A stretch of 64,000 nt of DNA, from positions 1 to 64,000 of IMG/VR virus record IMGVR_UViG_3300030099_008323; one strand, written 5' to 3'. The notes beneath the pieces were generated by a model, which was not told where the DNA came from, ran no database searches, and saw only the letters and a program-made list of their open reading frames with translations. Source of the DNA: a virus. Shown one piece after another: positions 49,901-58,273 of this stretch; within the stretch, counting starts at the first letter, position 1, and the number at the start of each line of letters is the position of its first letter. A program made the position numbers and the translations under genes.

Positions 49901-52627
49901 TTAGAGAGCGACCCAATTAACAGTTACCTTGCTGTCATTTCCAACAGTACCGCCAGTTTGGTTGGCTATTGTAACAACGCATGCGCCGTTTTGCACATTG
50001 GTGACAAAAGGCAAGAGTCCAGTATTAACACCAAGCGATGCACTAGCAATCGATGCCACAACTGTGTCTACTTGTCTGATTTGGTTGCTTATAAGCGTGA
50101 AGAATATTGCGGAGCCGGCTGATAAAGAACCATTGGTTGTTAATGTGACCTGGCCTTTTCTGGTATGTTGGGTGATCGAGGCTCCAGATCCTAAATCTAA
50201 GCTTCCAGTTGAAAATCCGTTGACAAATATGCCACCTGAAACATGCAAAGATCCTGTCATGACAAAACCGCCGGCACTTGAGACTGTTAGGACATCTGCT
50301 GAGCTAACCTCTAAGACAACTACGTCGTCGCCGACTGCCCTAAGAGAAGTATCCCCATCTTCATCTAAAAATATTCTTCCTTGCCCATTTAAATCAATAT
50401 CATCAACATATAATTTTTTCCAGGCCACCCCATCGCCGCCTAGGTCATCTGTGCTGTCAGAGCCTGGAAGCACATTATTGCCAGCTGGGTCAAGAATAAT
50501 ATCTCCACCAGAAGCAATCGTAAAATCTCCAGCAGCTGCATGGGTAAATGTGGTCGTATCCGCCGCGTCGTCGCCTTGGTCGGCACTGAGCGTTAGTACT
50601 GCATTACCGGCTTCAGCACCTGCTATGGTTAATCCTGAGCCAGTTATTGTTAAAGTGCCGCCGGCTGCTATTGTTGTGTCGCCACCATCAACAACAGTTA
50701 TGGTTGTTGAGTCTGCTGCATCATCACCTTGATCTCCCTTTAACGTCAAGACTGCAGCACCAGCCTCCATGGCTGTTAAAGTAATGCCAGATCCACTAAC
50801 ATGCACACTACCAGTAACACTGAGGCCTCCAGCCAGTACAAGATTATTGCCGTCGAAAGTTAAATCAGCTTCTGCGTTCATCCCATCAGTACCAGTAGCT
50901 GTTACAACTCTATTATTAACACCATTGGTCATAAAATCGCTGACATCAACCGCAATTGCATTTGTAGAAACATCGATACCTGTGCCGGCGCCAACTGTTA
51001 GTGTTACAGCACCCGAATCACCACCACCTGTAAGGCCGTTGCCGGCTGTAACACCAGTAATGTCTCCATCACCACCAGAAGAAGCGGTTAAAACAACTTG
51101 CCCAGCTGATGTAACACCCAGATAGCTTCCTGGGCCGGCAAGTGAGCCACTCTCTACAGTGTCTGTATCAAATATAAGTTTTGAGCCGCTGAGTACAAGG
51201 CCTGCAGCAGATCCTGAAATGATCATCATATCGTCAACAGAGTCTCTAAACACTATATGGCAATCTGTTGCTGTATTTGTGCCAAAGCCCAATTTTTGAT
51301 CTTCGACAACTCTAATTTCACCAGTATTTTTAACACGGAACACATAATTTCCGGCGCCATTTAAAACAAAGAAGGAGTGATCTGAGCCAGTGTTATCTTT
51401 ATCTAGCTCAACATTAAAACTTCTATCAGAGGCTAATCTAAAATTAGCTGATTCTGGACCGACAATATCGCCGCCCTGTACAGTCAAATCTCCAGAGATT
51501 GTTGCAGGAGAATCAATAAACATTGATGTGCCAGACAAGAAAATGCCTTGTGATGCAGAGATAGTTAGATTGCCACTATCAGCAACAGTAAATGTTGTGC
51601 TATCTAATACATCATCACCTTGATCAGCCTTTAAGGTCAGAACAGCAGATTGAGCTTCCCCAGCTGTTATAGTAACACCAGTGCCGCTGACATGCAAGCT
51701 TCCCGTTAGCATCAGTGCATTGCCATCAAAAAGTAAATTAGCTTCAGCGTTTTGAGCGTCGGTTCCAGTCGCTGTTACAACTCTATTATTAGCCCCATTT
51801 GCCATAAAATCGCTTACATCGACAGATATATCATCTGATCCAACGTCAATACCAGTTCCAGCTCCAACGTTCAAGGTCACTGTGCCAGTGGCTCCGCCGC
51901 CCGTAAGACCATTACCAGCTGTAACACCCTCGATATCTCCTGAGCCGCCGCCAGAGGATGCTGTTAAAACTATTTGACCTGTGGCTGTAACGCCTAAATA
52001 GCTGCCCGGACCTGCAATAGATCCGCTAGCCACGCTGCCAGGATCAACTACAATTTTTGAACCACTTAATACCAAGCCGGCTGAGGATCCGGATATAGTC
52101 AAGAAATCATCGATAGACTCTCTGTAATGAATAAAAGAATCATCTGCGTTTCCAAAATAAATTTTCTTGTCATCGCCAACATGCATATTGCCAGTCAGGA
52201 GAACACTACTATTGTTGTAATTAAAGGTAAAATTATTTGAGCCGCTATGCTGGGAGCCAGTTGCAAAAATAATATGTTTATCGTTAGCAACACCCATGTG
52301 AAAAACTGATTCACTAAGATCGCCTATGACAACTGATGCCATAGTGTCTAAAAATGACAATCTTATCCATGCTGACCCACTGTACACACACCAATCATTT
52401 GCAGTCCAGCTGCTGGTACCATTAATATTAGTGTTACCTGCAGTTGATACTTGCCAATAATCTCCTGCAGCTGCTGTTAAGTTAGTACTAGAGTGGTAGC
52501 CATTACTGGTTAGAAGAGTGCCATATTTTGTAGTGCCATTGCTAGCAGTACCGTCATTGCGCGCTGCGTCCCAATTACCTTGGTACCTTGCTGCGCCTAT
52601 AAATGCTAAACTTCCCGTTGCCGGCAT
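49901..52627 (-). CDS. Gly/Thr/Ser-rich fiber protein (head- or tail-fiber-like) with internal duplication
   Basis: 908 aa; N-terminal YQGNWDA..GDYWQVS..WTANDW module; two ~190-aa repeats. Confidence 0.7.
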   Translation of the reverse strand: MPATGSLAFIGAARYQGNWDAARNDGTASNGTTKYGTLLTSNGYHSSTNLTAAAGDYWQVSTAGNTNINGTSSWTANDWCVYSGSAWIRLSFLDTMASVVIGDLSESVFHMGVANDKHIIFATGSQHSGSNNFTFNYNNSSVLLTGNMHVGDDKKIYFGNADDSFIHYRESIDDFLTISGSSAGLVLSGSKIVVDPGSVASGSIAGPGSYLGVTATGQIVLTASSGGGSGDIEGVTAGNGLTGGGATGTVTLNVGAGTGIDVGSDDISVDVSDFMANGANNRVVTATGTDAQNAEANLLFDGNALMLTGSLHVSGTGVTITAGEAQSAVLTLKADQGDDVLDSTTFTVADSGNLTISASQGIFLSGTSMFIDSPATISGDLTVQGGDIVGPESANFRLASDRSFNVELDKDNTGSDHSFFVLNGAGNYVFRVKNTGEIRVVEDQKLGFGTNTATDCHIVFRDSVDDMMIISGSAAGLVLSGSKLIFDTDTVESGSLAGPGSYLGVTSAGQVVLTASSGGDGDITGVTAGNGLTGGGDSGAVTLTVGAGTGIDVSTNAIAVDVSDFMTNGVNNRVVTATGTDGMNAEADLTFDGNNLVLAGGLSVTGSVHVSGSGITLTAMEAGAAVLTLKGDQGDDAADSTTITVVDGGDTTIAAGGTLTITGSGLTIAGAEAGNAVLTLSADQGDDAADTTTFTHAAAGDFTIASGGDIILDPAGNNVLPGSDSTDDLGGDGVAWKKLYVDDIDLNGQGRIFLDEDGDTSLRAVGDDVVVLEVSSADVLTVSSAGGFVMTGSLHVSGGIFVNGFSTGSLDLGSGASITQHTRKGQVTLTTNGSLSAGSAIFFTLISNQIRQVDTVVASIASASLGVNTGLLPFVTNVQNGACVVTIANQTGGTVGNDSKVTVNWVAL
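50510..52180 (-). repeat. internal tandem duplication in the fiber gene
   Basis: ISGSSAGLVLSGSK...GPGSYLGVT...GVTAGNGLTGGG...VDVSDFM..NNRVVTATGTD...DQGDD occurs twice, plus a partial third unit. Confidence 0.9.
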
Positions 52628-52640
52628 ACTTCATCCTCTT

Positions 52641-53114
52641 TTATTCAGTTATTCCGGATCCAGTTAAATGTGGCATTCTTCTTTTTGGAATATTTGTTAA
52701 CTCTGCTAGCACCTGATATCTTAAATTATTTGTACCACTAGTATTAGAAATATATAGTTTTGTAAATTTTGCAGTCAACTCTAAGCTAGTGTTTTGCGGT
52801 ACAGACATAAAATGAAGGCCTTCAAGCACATCACAGCCTGCAGTAATCGTCTGAGCGCCTGCCTCGCCAGGAACGGTCACAGCTGTTGCAGAGCCACTTT
52901 GAAAGTGCACTTGTATGTTTTTATTATCAGTACTGACATTGACAACTCTAACTTTTTTTGCCACATACGGCACTTCGACCATGTGAACTTTTCCGTTATC
53001 TAAGTTCAGCGAGCCAGTTATAAATGGATATCCCGCTGCTTGGTAAGAGCCAACATTACTTAACCCAACACTAGGCGCTCCGGGGTATATAACATTATTA
53101 TTTGGGTCTTTCAT
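52641..53114 (-). CDS. hypothetical virion-associated protein
   Basis: Beta-rich ORF with AGGAG RBS in the head cluster. Confidence 0.65.
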   Translation of the reverse strand: MKDPNNNVIYPGAPSVGLSNVGSYQAAGYPFITGSLNLDNGKVHMVEVPYVAKKVRVVNVSTDNKNIQVHFQSGSATAVTVPGEAGAQTITAGCDVLEGLHFMSVPQNTSLELTAKFTKLYISNTSGTNNLRYQVLAELTNIPKRRMPHLTGSGITE

Positions 53115-53123
53115 AATTTTCTC

Positions 53124-53360
53124 CTACTTTATATCTAGTTTTTGATTTCTTTCTTGTTCGGCCTTTCTTGCATTGCGTATTTTTTTAGCCTTTTCCCTGC
53201 GTTTTTTTGAAGATGGCTTTTCATAAAATCTTCTATCTAAATAGTCTTCTAATATTCTTTCTTTTTTGACCTTCTTCATAAATTTGCGTATCAATCTAGT
53301 GATATCGCCCTTCGTTTCTCTTATATGTACTGATACATTTACTGCTTTTTTATTTGACAT
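53124..53360 (-). CDS. rpsU: phage-encoded 30S ribosomal protein bS21
   Basis: ITRLIRKFMKKVKKERIL..YLDRRFYEKPSSKKRREK matches the bS21 pattern (..F.YEKPS..R). Confidence 0.9.
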   Translation of the reverse strand: MSNKKAVNVSVHIRETKGDITRLIRKFMKKVKKERILEDYLDRRFYEKPSSKKRREKAKKIRNARKAEQERNQKLDIK

Positions 53361-53369
53361 GTGAATTCT

Positions 53370-53768
53370 CTATATTAAATGCTTCCATCTACCTTTTGAC
53401 AACTTCTCAATATTTGATATATCAACTCCTGCGTCGACCGGAGATACTCCTGCCAGTGCTGAAGATGGTGAACCATCTGCTATTTGCTTTGTACCTTCAA
53501 AAACGTCGGCGCCAAGTTTAGATTTTGCAGATTCGTTTAGTCTTCTTATTCTTTCCTGTCTGTTCCTCTCATATTCTTCAGCTTTTGCTTGTTGGTCCGC
53601 GGTTGAGAGATTGCTTGCTTTGGCCTCAACAACTAAATTACCCTGCAGTCCGCGGGCGACCTCCTGAACTATACCGGATAATATACCCTCTTCTAATATA
53701 ACCTCTTTAACTGTTTGCTTAATTAGCGGCTTAAGTATTTTTTTAAAATCAGAAGTTTTCATTCTCAC
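53370..53768 (-). CDS. hypothetical head-cluster protein
   Basis: KKILKPLIKQTVKEVILEEG N-terminus. Confidence 0.7.
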   Translation of the reverse strand: MRMKTSDFKKILKPLIKQTVKEVILEEGILSGIVQEVARGLQGNLVVEAKASNLSTADQQAKAEEYERNRQERIRRLNESAKSKLGADVFEGTKQIADGSPSSALAGVSPVDAGVDISNIEKLSKGRWKHLI

Positions 53769-54396
53769 CTCGTGTTAATATTTTCTCAAATAAGTTATCT
53801 AAATCACTATTTTTTGATTCATTTATATATAAATTAATTTTATTATCCATTTGTGTGTTAGCACTTAATGTTTTGTCTAAGTAAGCGCCAGGTGTTGATG
53901 GCTCCGACACAATGTCAAAGCAAATTAATTGAAAGTCGTCCTCAACAATCGTTTTACCTTTTTCTTGTTTTACAGAACCTAGGCCTCTAGAGGATATTCC
54001 TAATTTAACATTTGCTTTTACAAGATCTTTTAAGATCTGTCCAGATGGCGTATCTAAAACCTCAATTTTTCCCATCACATCATTGCCCTGCCACCATGTC
54101 TTAGTAACAAGGTGCGAAGCATTTTTGAGATTGATAACAGAATCATCAGGATGGTCTAGTTCACCTAAAGATCTACGCTCACTAATTGATTTTTGATAAT
54201 TAGCGACTTCTCTCTCTAGAGTTTCTTTTCGATAAACACGACCATTGCCGTTTTTTGTACCGGCTTTTTGAATGATGCCAACAAGATAGACTGCTCCGTC
54301 CATAACATTTCTCTTTTCTGATTCGTTAAGAGCATGCACGGGACATCTACCTTCAGGGCATAGTTCAAAATATTCCTGAAGAAGCTGTTTACTCAT
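53749..54396 (-). CDS. gp21: prohead core protease (T4 gp21-like)
   Basis: NGNGRVY, LGELDHP, GISSRGLGS, FDIVSEPSTPGAY. Confidence 0.95.
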   Translation of the reverse strand: MSKQLLQEYFELCPEGRCPVHALNESEKRNVMDGAVYLVGIIQKAGTKNGNGRVYRKETLEREVANYQKSISERRSLGELDHPDDSVINLKNASHLVTKTWWQGNDVMGKIEVLDTPSGQILKDLVKANVKLGISSRGLGSVKQEKGKTIVEDDFQLICFDIVSEPSTPGAYLDKTLSANTQMDNKINLYINESKNSDLDNLFEKILTRGENENF

Positions 54397-54401
54397 ATTA
54401 T

Positions 54402-54536
54402 TTACTTACCCTTTTTACCAGATTTAGCTTTTGCAGGCTTTCCAAAATTGCCTGGTGTTTTTGGGCATTGATTTTCTACCTTACCTTTAACACCAAAAGT
54501 GCCTGTGCCTGGTCCGTGTCCTTTTGTACCTTTCAT
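54402..54536 (-). CDS. Gly/Lys-rich micro-protein (44 aa), not in ORF track
   Basis: AAGGA RBS; MKGTKGHGPGTGTFGVKGKVENQCPKTPGNFGKPAKAKSGKKGK*. Confidence 0.65.
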   Translation of the reverse strand: MKGTKGHGPGTGTFGVKGKVENQCPKTPGNFGKPAKAKSGKKGK

Positions 54537-54561
54537 AGTTTTTTTTCCTTATAAAAATTAA

Positions 54562-54580
54562 TGCAGGGCTCACCCCTGCA
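54562..54580 (-). terminator. terminator-like hairpin
   Basis: TGCAGGG-GTGAG-CCCTGCA followed by TTAATTTTT. Confidence 0.6.
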
Positions 54581-54635
54581 CGTAATAGCTACCATTACAA
54601 CAACGTCTAACTTCTGGCTTGTTTTGCCGTTTCAT
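54570..54635 (-). CDS. 21-aa peptide MKRQNKPEVRRCCNGSYYVQG, not in ORF track
   Basis: AGGAGGT SD 8 nt upstream; ATGA overlap with the stop of 54632..54946. Confidence 0.5.
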   Translation of the reverse strand: MKRQNKPEVRRCCNGSYYVQG

Positions 54636-54946
54636 TGTTCATCACCTCCTTTTGTATTTCTAAATTTTAAACCAAAATCGTCCAATATTGAGCTTAAGAA
54701 ATAACTTGTCCCAGCGGATAAGCACCCTAGAAGCAAGCCGTTTATCAAGTTGTAATCATAAGTAAATAGTTCTGTAAAACAATTGATACTCCACAAAAAA
54801 ACGCCTGCCCAAAACCCTGTACAAAGAGGACAGTGAAAAAGCTCTCCTAGTTTGCCATTTATTGGCCTTATGGGGTTAAATATCGAGCCGTAAACTAGGA
54901 TATACGTCAAGCCATAGGCACACAAAACAAAATATAAAAGTTCCAC
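54632..54946 (-). CDS. membrane protein with CxxC (DUF1360-like)
   Basis: Three hydrophobic segments; LFHCPLCTGFWAG. Confidence 0.7.
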   Translation of the reverse strand: MELLYFVLCAYGLTYILVYGSIFNPIRPINGKLGELFHCPLCTGFWAGVFLWSINCFTELFTYDYNLINGLLLGCLSAGTSYFLSSILDDFGLKFRNTKGGDEQ

Positions 54947-54953
54947 ATATCAC

Positions 54954-55502
54954 CTATAATCTGTATATAGCCCCGATTCCGTAATTTAACTTAGCTGGAC
55001 GCAGAGATCCTTTTTCTGGGGCATGCCGGTCTGCGTCAAACTCACTATACTCATCAGGCTCTGGCTCAAGAAGATTTTTTTCAACTTCCTGCTCATATTC
55101 TTGTTGATCTTTATAAAAAGGCAATTCTTCTTCAATAAATTGAGCAATTGCATATAATAGCAATTGAATTTTGTCACCGTCCTGAGCATCTGGAATAGCA
55201 GCTTCCGAAGACATGAACAAATCTCCACCCTGAAAAGTTCCAAAATCAACAACGCCTCTACCACATAAATTTTTGTAAAGCCTCTTTTGTGTATCATATA
55301 TTTCATCATCCATCTCGGATTTAGGTATCATGACTAATTTACTTTTTTTAGATAAAACCATGATATCTATTTCAGGATGATCTGAAATAATTATGTTACC
55401 ATCTATTGTCTTTTTAGCCTTCAATAATATTTTTTCTATTATTTTACCAGGCGTTAATTGAATTTTAATTTTATATGACATTTCTTTGTAACTCTTTAAC
55501 AA
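54954..55502 (-). CDS. hypothetical protein
   Basis: ORF in the portal-protease operon. Confidence 0.7.
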   Translation of the reverse strand: MLKSYKEMSYKIKIQLTPGKIIEKILLKAKKTIDGNIIISDHPEIDIMVLSKKSKLVMIPKSEMDDEIYDTQKRLYKNLCGRGVVDFGTFQGGDLFMSSEAAIPDAQDGDKIQLLLYAIAQFIEEELPFYKDQQEYEQEVEKNLLEPEPDEYSEFDADRHAPEKGSLRPAKLNYGIGAIYRL

Positions 55503-56283
55503 CTGATTGAATTCTAAATATATCGAATATTAGACTTTCATCCAGCTTTCTCTCTCTGTAAGTTTCTATTTTTTCTAATACTTTTTGAATTTTGCTTGAT
55601 GTGTTGTCATCATAAGAATTTTTGTTTTCTGACAAAAAAGATTTTATATTGTCCATCTGCTCATATAGATAAGCCTTAAACTCTAAGTTGTTTTCATCTG
55701 TAGAGTTAACATAGTTAAAAACTAATCTTTTTTGGTCTTCACTCAGCACAGAAGAATATTTTTCATTAAATTTTTCAACAAAATTTTTCATCGCCAGGTT
55801 GTTAACTTTTGGAAACTTATTGTTTTCTTTTTTAATATCCACATACGATGACAGAATTTTCTGTTCTAACAATACTTGCTTCTTAGGAGGATTTTTTTGC
55901 ACCAATATTTGGTTAATCGTCGCAAGGTTCTTGTAGTTTGGCACAAAGTTGTTCCACATTTTATCATCTAAATTATTAATTTCCTGTATTATACTATTTT
56001 GTATTTTAAAGATCTTCTCCCTGTTTAGAGATAAAAATTGTTTTTTTGCTTCTAAAAGAATTTTTTCTTGTAAGGGACGTTCAATATCATCCAAAGTTGC
56101 TATGGACTTATAGATCTCTAGATCTTCTTTTAATAACTTTCCTCTGGAGAAATATTTTGTAATAATCTCTACAATGCCTTGTTTTTTCTTTATATTTTCG
56201 CTCAACGAGGCTTTTGTCAGCTCTCTTATCAGGACTTCAAAAACAAAAGCTGTATTTCTTTTTTTATTATGGCTATACTTCAT
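55471..56283 (-). CDS. hypothetical helical protein downstream of portal
   Basis: 270 aa; HNKKRNTAFVFEVLIRE N-terminus. Confidence 0.75.
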   Translation of the reverse strand: MKYSHNKKRNTAFVFEVLIRELTKASLSENIKKKQGIVEIITKYFSRGKLLKEDLEIYKSIATLDDIERPLQEKILLEAKKQFLSLNREKIFKIQNSIIQEINNLDDKMWNNFVPNYKNLATINQILVQKNPPKKQVLLEQKILSSYVDIKKENNKFPKVNNLAMKNFVEKFNEKYSSVLSEDQKRLVFNYVNSTDENNLEFKAYLYEQMDNIKSFLSENKNSYDDNTSSKIQKVLEKIETYRERKLDESLIFDIFRIQSVVKELQRNVI

Positions 56284-58270
56284 CTGTGGATCTCTCCAGT
56301 GATTCTATTAATCTTTTTACTTCAGTGCTCTCAGAGAAGATATTTTTCTCTTCTTGATCATAATAATTAGAAGCTAAATCTTCTGAAAGACCTTTATAAG
56401 AAAAGCGAGTTAATTCTGCTCCAGGTAAATAAGATCTTGGGCTAGTGCCTGTGTACTGCTGTCCTCCAGAGGCTTGCGCACTTCTTTTGTAAGCACCCAA
56501 AGATCTTTTATCAGACGGCTCGCGAACATACCTTTTGCCTTTTGACCTCTCAGTTACGTATCCATCATCTCTTTTACCAGGGGGCGGAGTTGGTGCGGCA
56601 GCATCTCCACCTGGACTAGCTAAAAGAGGGCCGGCGTCGTCTGCTCCACCTGCAGCAGGCGTATCGGCTCCTGGCTCAGGAGTTTCTGGTGCTGGAGCAT
56701 CAGGAGGAGTATCTGGAGCGTCACCCGGTGCGTCTAAATCTAATCCGGCGCCGAGATTTCCACCGAGATCAGCAGCACCGCCACCGCCTCCGGCCGCAGC
56801 TGCTGCTTCAGCAACTTGCTCTAGGGCAAAATCATGCTTCCTATCGTAGAACATCTCATGTTGCATACGCTCAAACTCTTCCTCATTAACATTAAGGATG
56901 TTTTTGGCAACCCATCTTCTGCTAAAGTATCCTTCAGTAGCCTCAGCTGCGGCAGCAAATCTAGATTTCCAATGCTCTAGCTCTTGAAGCTCAGCTAATT
57001 TTGAAGGATTGTTTAGATTTAGCTTAAATGATAGCAAGTCATTGCCACGATAGCCTAAAGTAAATAAATGAATAATACAGATTTTTTCTAATTCAGAAAT
57101 AATCGATCTTTGTAGCCTCTGTACAGTTCTAGCAAAACGTATATCTTTTTGTGCTAAAGTAGATTTATCTTCGCTAGCGCCTTCACCGTTAGAGAGGTAT
57201 GCCATAGGTATCTTCAAAGCGCTAAAAAGCTTATCTCTTAAATATTTAATATCCTCAATATCACCGGTGTAGCTTCCGCCGCCCAAGCTTTCTATTTTTG
57301 TGCTGGAAGCGCCGCCTCTAACAGGTATGTAATAATCTTCCTCCACACTTAAAGGGTTATATCTTAAATCAACTCTTCCAGAGTTAACATCAACAATTTG
57401 ATTTCTTTTCATCTGTGTCATGACACGCTGCATATATTGCTCTATGTCTTCAGGTGGAATATTGCCAACATCAATATAAAATACTCTTCTTTCAGGCGAT
57501 CGAACAATTCTATAAGCCATCACTGCATCTTCTAATAATGTTAATTGGCGCCATATTCTTCGGGCAGGCTCAAGTATTGAAGTACCATATGGTGCAAACT
57601 TGTCATTACCCAAAACTCTAAAATGGCCGACTTGCCAGTTCTCTAATGTTAGGCCGGCAGTATTCCATTGGTATTGAATATAGTTTGGATTATTTTTATC
57701 TTCGCCCTCGATTCTTTCTACTTCATTTGTTGGTAACCCTATGACATTCTTGATTCCCTCATCCTCTTCAATATCAAGATATAAGAAAAAATCACCATAT
57801 TTGCACATTGAGCGGCTCCAACCATATAAATTAAACTCTATGTTAAGAACATTATGAAGAAGGGTATCTATGACAGTTTTTATTTCTTGATTGGTACACA
57901 AAATGTTAATAATTGGCCTGTAGACTGAAGAAGTGGTCATTTCATCAGCATATATATCCAATGCAGAAGCTATTTCAGGGGTATATTCCATTTGATCAAA
58001 ATCAATATATCTGTCAACCCTGCTTTGATTAGCATACATATCTGCTTGCAGTGAATCGTAAACGTCGTAAGAAGATAGTTTAAATTCTTGACCGCTGGCA
58101 GATCTAAAGCGAGTTTTATATTTATCTAGCTGTCTTCTTTTTAATCTTTTTGTATCTTGCCTTCTATACTTAACTAAAGGTCCTGAAAGGAGCTTTGTTA
58201 ACTGACGGAATAGAGGACTAGTCTCATTCCTAGGATTATGTTTTTTGCCTTTTCTATATGGTTGAACCAT
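56273..58270 (-). CDS. gp20: portal protein (T4 gp20-like) with Pro/Ala-rich C-terminal extension
   Basis: PEIASALDIYADE, ILEPARRIWRQLTLLEDAVMAYRIVRSPERRVFYIDVGN, EDYYIPVRGG, DIEDIKY, DIRFAR. Confidence 0.96.
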   Translation of the reverse strand: MVQPYRKGKKHNPRNETSPLFRQLTKLLSGPLVKYRRQDTKRLKRRQLDKYKTRFRSASGQEFKLSSYDVYDSLQADMYANQSRVDRYIDFDQMEYTPEIASALDIYADEMTTSSVYRPIINILCTNQEIKTVIDTLLHNVLNIEFNLYGWSRSMCKYGDFFLYLDIEEDEGIKNVIGLPTNEVERIEGEDKNNPNYIQYQWNTAGLTLENWQVGHFRVLGNDKFAPYGTSILEPARRIWRQLTLLEDAVMAYRIVRSPERRVFYIDVGNIPPEDIEQYMQRVMTQMKRNQIVDVNSGRVDLRYNPLSVEEDYYIPVRGGASSTKIESLGGGSYTGDIEDIKYLRDKLFSALKIPMAYLSNGEGASEDKSTLAQKDIRFARTVQRLQRSIISELEKICIIHLFTLGYRGNDLLSFKLNLNNPSKLAELQELEHWKSRFAAAAEATEGYFSRRWVAKNILNVNEEEFERMQHEMFYDRKHDFALEQVAEAAAAAGGGGGAADLGGNLGAGLDLDAPGDAPDTPPDAPAPETPEPGADTPAAGGADDAGPLLASPGGDAAAPTPPPGKRDDGYVTERSKGKRYVREPSDKRSLGAYKRSAQASGGQQYTGTSPRSYLPGAELTRFSYKGLSEDLASNYYDQEEKNIFSESTEVKRLIESLERSTDEV

Positions 58271-58273
58271 TTT

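Noticed and set aside
54562-54580. Selenocysteine recoding at the UGA in the hairpin after the RRCC peptide
   Set aside because: The UGA lies inside the hairpin loop rather than upstream of a SECIS stem, the structure reads as a terminator with a U-rich tail, and no Sec tRNA or sel genes are in the window
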